From Candidatus Moranbacteria bacterium GW2011_GWC2_40_12 (lineage in GTDB: Bacteria; Patescibacteriota; Minisyncoccia; Moranbacterales; UBA11712): DNA of 64,000 bases. Positions within the stretch are counted from its first letter, which is position 1. Each line of letters begins with the position of its first letter. The position numbers and the translations under genes are program-made. Below the pieces are notes generated by a model, which was not told where the DNA came from, did no database searches, and saw only the letters and a program-made list of their open reading frames with translations. This document shows positions 56,711 through 64,000 of this stretch, one piece after another. The stretch lies in NCBI GenBank assembly GCA_000995965.1, contig LBYD01000001.1, forward strand, positions 76,923-140,922. The letters run 5' to 3'.

Positions 56711-56726
56711 ATGAAGGTTGATATAT

Positions 56727-56772
56727 TCCGGGATCGTCTAATGGTAGGACGCCTGACTCTGGATCAGGTAAT
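56727..56772 (+). pseudogene. 5' fragment of tRNA-Gln(CTG) (acceptor 5' strand, D-arm, anticodon arm and variable loop; positions 1-46) lacking T-arm and acceptor 3' strand
   Basis: Identical over 50 bp (56723..56772) to 57100..57149, the 5' part of the complete tRNA-Gln downstream. Confidence 0.75.
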
Positions 56773-57099
56773 TGGGGTTCGCCCGATCATCCGATCGGGC
56801 GGCCGGTCGTATGACCGGCCGAATCCCTCAAACATGAATGCATTACATTTATATTCTTTCACTAGGAAATAATAGCTTGTATAAAGGCAGGACTGATAAT
56901 ATTAAAAGGAGAGTATCAGAGCATCAGGCCGGGAAAGTGGAAGCAACCAAATATAAACTTCCAGCCAGATTAATTCACTTTGAATGCTACGTTGTAAAGA
57001 GTGATTGTATACGGCGGGAGAAATATTTAAAAACTACTGAAGGCAGAAGATTTTTAAAACAACAGTTGAGAGATTTATTTAAAAAAATTGTTGGTTAAC
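56773..57099 (+). mobile_element. About 330-bp insert between duplicated tRNA-Gln 5' segments: degenerate T-arm-like start (GGGGTTCG...AATCCC), two GC-rich hairpins, GIY-YIG ORF
   Basis: Hairpins CCCGATCatccGATCGGG and CGGCCGGTCgtatGACCGGCCG at 56781..56820; flanked by 50-bp direct repeat. Mobility is an inference. Confidence 0.35.
56838..57098 (+). CDS. YhbQ/UPF0213-like GIY-YIG nuclease superfamily protein (86 aa)
   Basis: YIYILSL..NSLYKGRTDNIKRRVSEHQ aligns with GIY-YIG motifs (GIY, YIG, Arg, Glu, His). Confidence 0.75.
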   Translation: MHYIYILSLGNNSLYKGRTDNIKRRVSEHQAGKVEATKYKLPARLIHFECYVVKSDCIRREKYLKTTEGRRFLKQQLRDLFKKIVG

Positions 57100-57103
57100 A
57101 TAT

Positions 57104-57177
57104 TCCGGGATCGTCTAATGGTAGGACGCCTGACTCTGGATCAGGTAATCTTGGTTCGAATCCAAGTCCCGGAGCCA
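57104..57177 (+). tRNA. tRNA-Gln (anticodon CTG), CCA encoded, U1:A72
   Basis: Manual fold: acceptor TCCGGGA/TCCCGGA, D-arm GTCT-AATGGTA-GGAC, anticodon arm CCTGA-CTCTGGA-TCAGG, T-arm CTTGG-TTCGAAT-CCAAG, discriminator G, CCA. Confidence 0.85.
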
Positions 57178-57270
57178 CATTGTATGTTCAGCGTTTTCCA
57201 CTATGCCATTAAAGAGTGTTTAACCTCAAATAAAAGGTTATTGACTTGTAAAGAAAAATTCTGAAGTAAG

Positions 57271-57293
57271 AAACCCATCAGTTGGGTTTTTTT
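57271..57293 (+). terminator. Rho-independent terminator after tRNA-Gln (AACCCA tcagt TGGGTT + T7)
   Basis: aagaAACCCATCAGTTGGGTTttttttgg. Confidence 0.55.
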
Positions 57294-57354
57294 GGTTCGA
57301 AAATTTGGAATAAGTCCCAAGACTGTAGAACAATATTCTGGTATACTCATATAT

Positions 57355-58170
57355 ATGAAAAAAAACATTCTCATTGTCCTTGTTTTGGTTATTTTCATTG
57401 CTTTTGCATGGTGGCACTTCACTGCCACTGAAGACGAAAGAACTGGCTCGCAAAAAAACAATCAGCCAACGCTTTCCGACTATTCAACCGCGCCTGCCGA
57501 CAATGTCACTGCACCTGCAAAAAAAGTCAGGTGGAACTTTGATGGCGAAGAGTATGCTCCTTCCGGGACGCCCCGGGCATGCCCTGATCCGCTTGAGATC
57601 GAATCGCCCGTTGATGTTTCAAAAGCGTCTTCGATCCTGTATCCGGGCCAATACCGCGGTGATGATTTTAAGGCGCACGGCGGATTTAGGTTTGATGGGT
57701 ATCGGAGCGACGCCATAACCGTCACAGTGCCTCTGGATGCCCGGCTGCAAGACGCGAGCCGGTATATTGAGGATGGGCAGGTTCAATATTTATTTGATTT
57801 TATCCATGACTGCGGCATCATGTACCGATTTGATCATCTGGCAACCCTAACTCCGCGATTTGAGGCGTATGCCCGGCAATTGCCTGAAGCGAAAGTGAAT
57901 GATTCACGAACGACCCTGTTTCCCGATGATGTGTACGTCACGACGGGCGATGTCATCGCAACCAGCGTCAATCGGGAGGGTAATGTATTTGTCGATTTCG
58001 GCGTGTATGATCTGCGCCAAAAAAATGGCATAACCATTGATGAAAAAAATTCGTTGGCGAGACATGGCATCTGTTGGTTTGACCTGCTGCCCGCTTCAGA
58101 CGCGCAGAGAGTAAAATCATTACCTGCCAGCGATGAACGGTCAGGCGCGAAGAGTGAGTATTGCAGGTAA
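57355..58170 (+). CDS. Hypothetical secreted/membrane-anchored protein, GC-rich (about 50% GC)
   Basis: N-terminal TM/signal (MKKNILIVLVLVIFIAFAWW); no family recognised; start at ATG 57355. Confidence 0.5.
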   Translation: MKKNILIVLVLVIFIAFAWWHFTATEDERTGSQKNNQPTLSDYSTAPADNVTAPAKKVRWNFDGEEYAPSGTPRACPDPLEIESPVDVSKASSILYPGQYRGDDFKAHGGFRFDGYRSDAITVTVPLDARLQDASRYIEDGQVQYLFDFIHDCGIMYRFDHLATLTPRFEAYARQLPEAKVNDSRTTLFPDDVYVTTGDVIATSVNREGNVFVDFGVYDLRQKNGITIDEKNSLARHGICWFDLLPASDAQRVKSLPASDERSGAKSEYCR

Positions 58171-58190
58171 ACCACCGTAACATTCGATTT

Positions 58191-59027
58191 ATGAAAAAAA
58201 CAAAACAACCAAAAATCGGTCTGGCTTTGGGTAGCGGAGCGGCGAGGGGTCTCGCCCACATTGGCGTGATAAAAGTCTTGGAAGAGAATAACATTCCAAT
58301 CGACTGCGTTGCCGGCTCCAGTATCGGCGCCGTGATTGGCGGCCTTTGGGCGTCAGGGCTGGGCATAGCAGAAATTGAAAAAATTGTTTTGGATATGACC
58401 AATCGGGATGTGTTCTCTTTGGTCGATCCTCGCATGGGGAAAGGATTTATAAAGGGAGAAAGGATAAAATCTTTCATTGAAAGCAACTTGGTGGCCAAAA
58501 ACTTCGAGGATTGCCGGGTGCCGTTTGCGGCCACCGCGACTGACATAAAAACAGGCGAAATCGTGGTTCTTCGCAGCGGGAATATAGCCGATGCCATTCG
58601 AGCCAGCATTTCCATGCCATTGGTTTTTCAACCGGTGGAAAAGGACGGAAAAACATTGGTTGATGGAGGAGTGGGAGCGCCGGTTCCGGTTGAAATTGTG
58701 CGAAAAATGGGCGCGGATATTGTTATTGCCGTCAATTTAGACAAACACTATGTGGATGATAATTGGCGATCCGGCCTGTTGGACATCGCCCATGATTCGA
58801 TGAATATCATGCGCCATTATTTATCCTTTTATCAATCAAAAGAAGCGGATATCGTCATAAATTTAGATTTGGGATCCAACAAATGGTATGATTTTGTGAA
58901 CGGACAAAATAAAATTCTGGCCGGTGAAAAAATGATGAAAAAAGAAATACCTTCTCTCAAAGAACTTATTCGCTCGAAAAGGAAAAGCAATCTCGGAAAA
59001 TTGTTTGATTTTTTTAAGAATGTTTAA
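58191..59027 (+). CDS. Patatin-like phospholipase
   Basis: Oxyanion GLALGSGAARG, nucleophile elbow AGSSIGA (GxSxG), catalytic Asp in LVDGGV (DGG). Confidence 0.8.
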   Translation: MKKTKQPKIGLALGSGAARGLAHIGVIKVLEENNIPIDCVAGSSIGAVIGGLWASGLGIAEIEKIVLDMTNRDVFSLVDPRMGKGFIKGERIKSFIESNLVAKNFEDCRVPFAATATDIKTGEIVVLRSGNIADAIRASISMPLVFQPVEKDGKTLVDGGVGAPVPVEIVRKMGADIVIAVNLDKHYVDDNWRSGLLDIAHDSMNIMRHYLSFYQSKEADIVINLDLGSNKWYDFVNGQNKILAGEKMMKKEIPSLKELIRSKRKSNLGKLFDFFKNV

Positions 59028-59260
59028 ATTTAAACAATTTTCCGTAAGGATACTTTTTGGAAATTGATTAAAAATTCAGACGGCGCGCCAGCTCCGCTGG
59101 CACGAAATTCGGCGACGGCGGAAAAGCGAAAGCAGGCAAAAATTCCTTCCCCCAACCCCTTTTCTTTTTGCCCGCCCGAGCGTAAAAGTTTTTCAAAATT
59201 CAGCGTTCGGATTTTCGCTAAAAAAAGTTCGGATTTCGTTCAGCGTTCGGAGCCAAATTT

Positions 59261-59818
59261 ATGAAATATAAATTCTGCCCAAAATGTGGAGGAAGATTGA
59301 AAATAAAGAAAGCTGCTTTTCCAAGGTTTTGGTGTTTGGATTGCGAATTTGTTTTCTACCAAAATTCGAAACCAACAGCAAGCGCCTTAATAATCGATGG
59401 AGATAAAGTGTTGCTTGGAAAAAGAAGGATCAATCCTTCAAAGGGAAAATGGGATATTATCGGCGGATTTTTGGAAGATGGAGAACATCCCGAAGCTGGA
59501 ATGAAAAGAGAAGTCCTGGAGGAAAGCGGTCTCAGAGTCCGTGTTATCGACAGACTTGATTTTATAATGGATACCTACGGAGCAGAAAAAGAATCAACTC
59601 TTAATATTACATACATTGTGAAAATTAGGAGCGGCAAAATGAAACCGGGCGACGATATTTCAGAACTGCGATGGTTCAGTATTGGAAAATATCCTAAAAA
59701 TATTGCATTCAAAAATGGGAAGCAAATGCTTCGGGATTTGAAAAGGTGGTATTCGAAAAGAAATATATATGTTCGAAGTTTTCCTCACAGCCCCAGAATA
59801 AAAAAATTACGTAACTAG
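59261..59818 (+). CDS. NUDIX hydrolase with N-terminal C4 zinc ribbon (NudC-like architecture)
   Basis: CPKCGG...CLDCEF zinc ribbon; Nudix box GGFLEDGEHPEAGMKREVLEESGL. Confidence 0.8.
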   Translation: MKYKFCPKCGGRLKIKKAAFPRFWCLDCEFVFYQNSKPTASALIIDGDKVLLGKRRINPSKGKWDIIGGFLEDGEHPEAGMKREVLEESGLRVRVIDRLDFIMDTYGAEKESTLNITYIVKIRSGKMKPGDDISELRWFSIGKYPKNIAFKNGKQMLRDLKRWYSKRNIYVRSFPHSPRIKKLRN

Positions 59819-59821
59819 TTA
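59801..59821. terminator. Perfect 20-bp palindrome TTACGTAACTAGTTACGTAA between convergent NUDIX and ftsX genes; T-run on minus strand
   Basis: aaaaaaTTACGTAACTAGTTACGTAAttggtg; overlaps NUDIX stop codon; shares CGTAATT core with heptad elements. Confidence 0.45.
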
Positions 59822-59853
59822 CGTAATTGGTGCTGCACGGCAAGATAATTTAT

Positions 59854-60765
59854 TTACACCTTCAAATATCTCCTGATCGCGAGGATACTGCTGATGATAC
59901 CCAAAAAAACACCCACAAAAAGCTGGGCAATGAAGATCAAAACGAAATATCTGATGAAATCAGCCTGAATGATCTGAACATACGCCGAACCGACGACGTA
60001 GGGAGTGACAACTTTCATGATCGGATAAAGAAGAATAATCGAAATAACAGCCGCGAAAATTCCATAAATTACGCCCTCGAAAACAAAGGGCAGGCGAATG
60101 AAATTGTTTGAAGCCCCGACGAGCCGCATTATTTCAATTTCCGTTCCGTGGTTGAAAATTGTCATCCGGATGACGTTGAAAGTGATGAGAATCGCGATAA
60201 GGGAAAATAAAACGAAAAGAAACGCCCCGGTCTTTCGGATCGTTTTGATGGTCGTATTGAAGCGGTCAATAACAAGCTTATATTGCTGGTAGTTGATGCT
60301 GGCTATATTGTCCCGATAGCTTGAATTCTCAACCGATTTGGCAATAATATCATATTGCTCCGGGTTTGCGGCTTTGATGTTCACGGAGGCAAGAAGCGGA
60401 TTTTCTTCGACGGCCTCGACAGCTTTCAGGATGTCGGGTTTTCCGGCATTGGCAGCCTTGAAATCATCGAGGGCTTTGTTCTTCGAAATATATTCGGCGG
60501 CCTTGACTTCCTTGTATTTTTGAATTTCGGAACGAAAAGCCATTATGTCCTGCTCCTCAACATTGCCTTTGAAATAAACTCGAATATCAATCTTATCCTG
60601 GACATACTTGAGTCCCATATTAGCACTGATAGAAATAACCAGGATAACGCTGATGATGAGAAGCGCCAGCGTCAGAATACTGACCGCCGCCACAGTCAAA
60701 GACCCATTTCGAAAGAAATTTTGAAAACCGGACTTGAAAGTTCTGGTGAGAGTCAAAATTATCAT
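59854..60765 (-). CDS. ftsX: Cell division ABC transporter permease FtsX
   Basis: Four TM helices with large first extracytoplasmic loop; downstream of ftsE with 4-bp overlap. Confidence 0.85.
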   Translation of the reverse strand: MIILTLTRTFKSGFQNFFRNGSLTVAAVSILTLALLIISVILVISISANMGLKYVQDKIDIRVYFKGNVEEQDIMAFRSEIQKYKEVKAAEYISKNKALDDFKAANAGKPDILKAVEAVEENPLLASVNIKAANPEQYDIIAKSVENSSYRDNIASINYQQYKLVIDRFNTTIKTIRKTGAFLFVLFSLIAILITFNVIRMTIFNHGTEIEIMRLVGASNNFIRLPFVFEGVIYGIFAAVISIILLYPIMKVVTPYVVGSAYVQIIQADFIRYFVLIFIAQLFVGVFLGIISSILAIRRYLKV

Positions 60766-61457
60766 ATGGCGTAGCGTCCTTTGCTATGATCCCTGATTAT
60801 TCTTCCTTGATCAAGGGTAATGACGCGTCTTTTGATATTATTGACGACTTCCTTGTCATGAGTGGCTAGAACCACTGTTGTTCCCAGTTTATTAATTTTC
60901 ATAAGCAGCTGGATAATTCCCCAAGCGCTGATCGGGTCAAGATTTCCAGTCGGCTCATCGGCGATAATGAGGGCCGGACGGTGAACAAGCGCCCGGGCGA
61001 TCGCCACCCGTTGCTTCTCACCGCCGGAAATTTCATGGGGATAGTTTTCCGCCTTGTTTGATAATCCCACAATTTCAAGAATTTGGGGAACGCTTTTCCG
61101 GATTTCGCTGTTTGGATAACCCGAAACTTCGAGTGCAAAAGCAACATTTTCAAAGACTGTCTTTTTTTGGAGGAGCTTATAATCCTGAAATACCGTTCCG
61201 ATACGGCGGCGATGGAGAGGCATCCCTTTCGGTTTTATGTGTGTTATGTCCTCCCCGTTGAACAATACTTCTCCCGACGAAGGTTTTTCTTCGGCATATA
61301 TCATTTTCAATATTGTTGACTTTCCCGCTCCGCTGTGGCCGACAAAAGAAACAAACTCTTTCTCATCAATGGAAAAACTGACATCATCAAGAGCGCAAGT
61401 GTTCATTATGCCGCCTGTGTATATTTTTTTTACGCTTTTAAATTCAATCATTGACAT
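60762..61457 (-). CDS. ftsE: Cell division ABC transporter ATP-binding protein FtsE
   Basis: GHSGAGKST Walker A, LSGGEKQRVAIARAL signature, IIADEPTGNLD Walker B. Confidence 0.9.
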   Translation of the reverse strand: MSMIEFKSVKKIYTGGIMNTCALDDVSFSIDEKEFVSFVGHSGAGKSTILKMIYAEEKPSSGEVLFNGEDITHIKPKGMPLHRRRIGTVFQDYKLLQKKTVFENVAFALEVSGYPNSEIRKSVPQILEIVGLSNKAENYPHEISGGEKQRVAIARALVHRPALIIADEPTGNLDPISAWGIIQLLMKINKLGTTVVLATHDKEVVNNIKRRVITLDQGRIIRDHSKGRYAI

Positions 61458-62533
61458 TTTTCAGGTATGCTTCAATGAAATCTTCAATTTTCCCCTCAAG
61501 CACCTCGTTTGGATTTTTTGATTCGAATTTTGTGCGGTGGTCTTTGACGAGCTTGTAGGGATGCAGAATATAGGAACGAATCTGACTTCCCCACTGGACT
61601 TCGGCGTGTTTTCCTTTCAGTTTTTTTTCTTTGTCTTCTTGCTCTTTGAGATTTTTTTGATTCAGCTTGGCCTTGAGTATTTTCATCGCCTGCTCTCTGT
61701 TTTGCAGCTGGCTGCGTTCGCTTTGAGAACTGGAAGAGAGGCCAGTTGGAATATGGGTAATGCGAACCGCGCTTGAAGTTTTGTTCACATGCTGGCCACC
61801 GGCTCCTCCCGCTCTGAATGTGTCGATTCTCAAATCAGCGGGATTGATTTCGACATTTTCTATTTTATCAATTTCGGGCAAAATTTCAACTAGCGCAAAC
61901 GAAGTTTGCCGGAGATTATTGGAATTAAATGGCGACAAACGCACCAATCGGTGCACGCCCGCTTCTGCCTTGAGGTGTCCGTAGGCCGATATGCCGTCAA
62001 TCTCTATTGTCGCGCTTTTTATTCCCGCTTCCTGGCCTCGCGTTGAGGAAACAATCTTTGCTTTCCATTTTTTTCTTTCGGCGTAACGGAGATACATCCG
62101 AAGAAGCATCTCTGCCCAGTCCTGAGCGTCTGTCCCTCCTGTTCCGCTGTGGATAAATAGTATGGCATTGCGGCGATCATATTTGCCTTGAAACAGCTTT
62201 CTAATTTCGATTTTTTCAACTTTATTTTTGATTTCCGGCAGTTTTTTCAATATTTCTTCCTTAAGCTCGTCATCATCGCCGGCGATTTGGGCCATTTCCC
62301 AAAGATTGGTTATTTCCGCTTCCAGTTCATTTGCCTCGCGGGATTCATTTCGCAGAGTTTCGAGTTCCTGCATTATTTTTTTGGCTGTTTCGGCATCCTG
62401 CCAGAAATTTTTCCGCTTTGTTTGTTTTTCAAGCTCTTGAATTCTTTTGTTCTTTTCCAGCAAGTCAAAGACGGTCACCCGCGAGGATGATTTTATTTTT
62501 CAAATCTTCGATTATCGCAATAATTTCTTTCAT
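61444..62533 (-). CDS. prfB: Peptide chain release factor 2 with programmed +1 frameshift (frame-0 leader 62533..62465 ends at CTT TGA C; main frame continues to 61444)
   Basis: SPF and GGQ motifs in main ORF. Upstream frame-0 ORF ATG AAA GAA ATT ATT GCG ATA ATC GAA GAT TTG AAA AAT AAA ATC ATC CTC GCG GGT GAC CGT CTT TGA C = MKEIIAIIEDLKNKIILAGDRL*. Table ORF began at in-frame GTG 62478. Confidence 0.85.
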
Positions 62534-62603
62534 TGAAGTTATTTTAACACAATTGATATTATGTTGCCAGATTCACAATAGTTGGTATAATTTGTTTGTG
62601 CGC

Positions 62604-62674
62604 GCGGGTGTAGTATAGTGGTAATACACGACCTTCCCAAGGTTGAGTTGTGGGTTCGATTCCCATCACCCGCT
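62604..62674 (+). tRNA. tRNA-Gly (anticodon CCC), no encoded CCA
   Basis: Manual fold: acceptor GCGGGTG/CACCCGC, D-arm GTAT-AGTGGTA-ATAC, anticodon arm CGACC-TTCCCAA-GGTTG, T-arm GTGGG-TTCGATT-CCCAT. Confidence 0.8.
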
Positions 62675-62755
62675 TAATATTTTATACAAGCCGATGTAGC
62701 TCCCGCCGACGCTAAAGCTTTGGCGGGCAAGGCAGTTGGCGGAAAAATAAAATAA

Positions 62756-62827
62756 GCCGGAATAGCTCAGTGGTAGAGCAGCGCTTTCGTAAAGCGAAGG
62801 TCGCGAGTTCGACTCTCGCTTCCGGCT
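62756..62827 (+). tRNA. tRNA-Thr (anticodon CGT), no encoded CCA
   Basis: Manual fold: acceptor GCCGGAA/TTCCGGC, D-arm GCTC-AGTGGTA-GAGC, anticodon loop TTCGTAA (one G.A mismatch at top of anticodon stem), T-arm GCGAG-TTCGACT-CTCGC. Confidence 0.7.
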
Positions 62828-62915
62828 CAAATGATGTGGGGGGTAAACTCTGGTCCGCGTTTTTTGCCTGCCGAAGCTTTAGCGGAGGAGGGCGATCCCG
62901 CGCATCGGCTCTAAA

Positions 62916-62950
62916 AAACTCGGTCGCGCAAAAACCGAGTTTTTTTGACT
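62916..62950. terminator. Bidirectional rho-independent terminator (AACTCGGT...ACCGAGTT with A-run/T-run) after tRNA pair and after the convergent PPIase gene
   Basis: aaaaaACTCGGTcgcgcaaaaACCGAGTTttttt. Confidence 0.6.
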
Positions 62951-62966
62951 TATTTTCACCAAGTGA

Positions 62967-63986
62967 TTAGAAGAAAACGGACGGATCCCCTTGCGAATTG
63001 ACATCCAAATTGCTTTCAAAATCAATCATATCTTTGTTTTTGAATTCAATTCTGGCCTTTTCCGCGTTCCATTGATAGTCCTTCAAAAAAACCGCCACGT
63101 CGTATTTTTTCATCTGATCCAGAAGCCAATCACCGAAAGTGACTGTTTTCACGAAAATTTGGCGTATGCGGACGAGATTTTCTCCTTCTTCAATTTTCTT
63201 TTCTTCCAGTTTTATAATGTGAAATCCGAGAGAACTTCTTATTACCGGACTAATCTCACCGACTTGCATAGAAAAAGCTTTCTCGGAAATTTCGGGAACA
63301 AGCTGGCTCTCAGTCGACCAACCAAGATCCCCGCCGTTTTTCGCGCTTTCTCCCTCTGAAGTTTCCGTTGCGACTTTGGCAAAATCTTCTTTTTTCGAGG
63401 CAACTCTTTCGCGGAGCGAATTTGCCTTCGCCTCTTGTTCGGCAATATCTATTTCATTTTTATAAATTTCGGACAGCTTGCCGGCATATAGTTCCGGCTT
63501 CACGACTTTTTTCTTGAAATCATCTAAGCTCCAGCCATAAAGACGGGCCAAATCACTCATCAGGTTCTGGCGGTTGCCGAATTCATCTATGCTTGAGTTT
63601 ACCTGCTGATCTACGATCGCATCTGTTATACTAATGTCCCTTTTTTCCGCCAAAGCAATAACAATCTTGTTTTCTACCAGCTTATTGATAATTCCCTTTT
63701 CCGTCACCTTAAGCCTTTTTTCGCCCTGTTCGGTGCTGAAATCAACGCGCATTCCGACTTTGTCAAAGTCTTGAGATTCATAGAATTTCCTTATCGCCTG
63801 ATTATCTTCCTTGATTTCATCAATATTTATAAAGCCAGCTCCCTTTATATATAAGGCTGGGAAAGGAATGGCGTTTTCCGCGGTTTTTAGGAGACGATTA
63901 TCCCAATCAGAGCGGTATACCCCAAAAATAAGAGCGGCTAAGGTCAAAAAAATAAGGAGTGCGGCGAGGAATATCCAAATCGCCAA
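62967..63986 (-). CDS. Membrane-anchored parvulin-type peptidyl-prolyl cis-trans isomerase (PrsA/SurA-like foldase)
   Basis: N-terminal TM, parvulin signature GGDLGWSTESQLVPEISEKAFSMQVGEISPVIRSSLGFHIIK; table start is TTG 63986 close to window end. Confidence 0.75.
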   Translation of the reverse strand: MAIWIFLAALLIFLTLAALIFGVYRSDWDNRLLKTAENAIPFPALYIKGAGFINIDEIKEDNQAIRKFYESQDFDKVGMRVDFSTEQGEKRLKVTEKGIINKLVENKIVIALAEKRDISITDAIVDQQVNSSIDEFGNRQNLMSDLARLYGWSLDDFKKKVVKPELYAGKLSEIYKNEIDIAEQEAKANSLRERVASKKEDFAKVATETSEGESAKNGGDLGWSTESQLVPEISEKAFSMQVGEISPVIRSSLGFHIIKLEEKKIEEGENLVRIRQIFVKTVTFGDWLLDQMKKYDVAVFLKDYQWNAEKARIEFKNKDMIDFESNLDVNSQGDPSVFF

Positions 63987-64000
63987 ATTTTTTGATTTTT

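Noticed and set aside
56727-57177. Interpretation of the tRNA-Gln insert as a self-splicing group I or archaeal-type tRNA intron
   Set aside because: The insertion lies after the variable loop rather than in the anticodon loop. The non-ORF part is only about 65 nt, too small for a group I core. The 5' tRNA portion is duplicated rather than split, so the downstream copy is complete without splicing.
58191-59027. Patatin gene as the effector of a CBASS-type anti-phage operon
   Set aside because: No CD-NTase/cyclase, E1/E2-like or HORMA/TRIP13 genes adjacent. The neighbouring 272-aa protein has a signal peptide and no nucleotidyltransferase motifs.
1-64000. CRISPR arrays, transposases, integrases, rRNA genes, prophage structural genes
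   Set aside because: Scanned for regularly spaced direct repeats and for transposase/integrase-like ORFs among all predicted proteins. None found. The only tandem or periodic DNA repeats are the heptad elements, the 54-bp rpoD repeats, the 7-bp microsatellite and the tRNA-Gln duplication.

Overview
This 64 kb window comes from a compact, low-GC (about 38-40%) bacterial genome with tightly packed, often overlapping genes. The gene content (many glycosyltransferases, GT-C-type membrane proteins, little biosynthesis) fits a Patescibacteria/CPR-like or similar reduced organism, but that is an inference. Coordinates for small elements I located by eye are accurate to within a few nucleotides.

Three things dominate the window:
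- (a) A complete ADP-heptose pathway operon (gmhA, hldA kinase, gmhB, hldC adenylyltransferase; 2276..5125, minus strand) lies divergent from a GT2-GT9 heptosyltransferase fusion.
- (b) A very large glycan-assembly island is split into blocks (6006..19619, 31417..33360, 36528..49530). It holds about 12 GT2/GT4 enzymes and two polyprenyl-phosphate GT2 synthases, each adjacent to large polytopic GT-C-like membrane proteins. It also holds WecB/TagA, an LCP protein, an O-antigen-ligase-like protein, a Wzx flippase, an epimerase, and embedded RNA-repair and nucleotide genes (thpR, rtcB, tmk-like, mazG-like).
- (c) Ordinary housekeeping genes are gltX, iscS-iscU, rpmA, pyrG, rplI, ctpA, rpoD, folD, priA, def-fmt, groES, ftsEX, prfB and three tRNAs.

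The most unusual signals:
- A tRNA-Gln locus carries a 50-bp duplication of the tRNA 5' portion. The duplication flanks a roughly 330-bp insert that encodes a YhbQ-like GIY-YIG nuclease and two GC-rich hairpins. A GC-rich gene islet (secreted protein, patatin, NudC-like NUDIX) follows.
- The housekeeping sigma factor RpoD carries a roughly 290-aa proline-rich C-terminal extension containing a 54-aa tandem repeat.
- A recurrent GTAATTN heptad-repeat element sits 5-8 nt upstream of the start codons of at least six genes (hldC, pyrG, a GT4, rtcB, wzx, def).
- PriA has degenerate Walker A/B motifs but an intact zinc-binding cysteine cluster.
- prfB carries the classical CTT TGA C +1 frameshift site.
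- A (TTTTTGA)n microsatellite sits in the promoter/5'UTR region of a small membrane-protein gene.

No CRISPR array, transposase, integrase or rRNA gene was seen.
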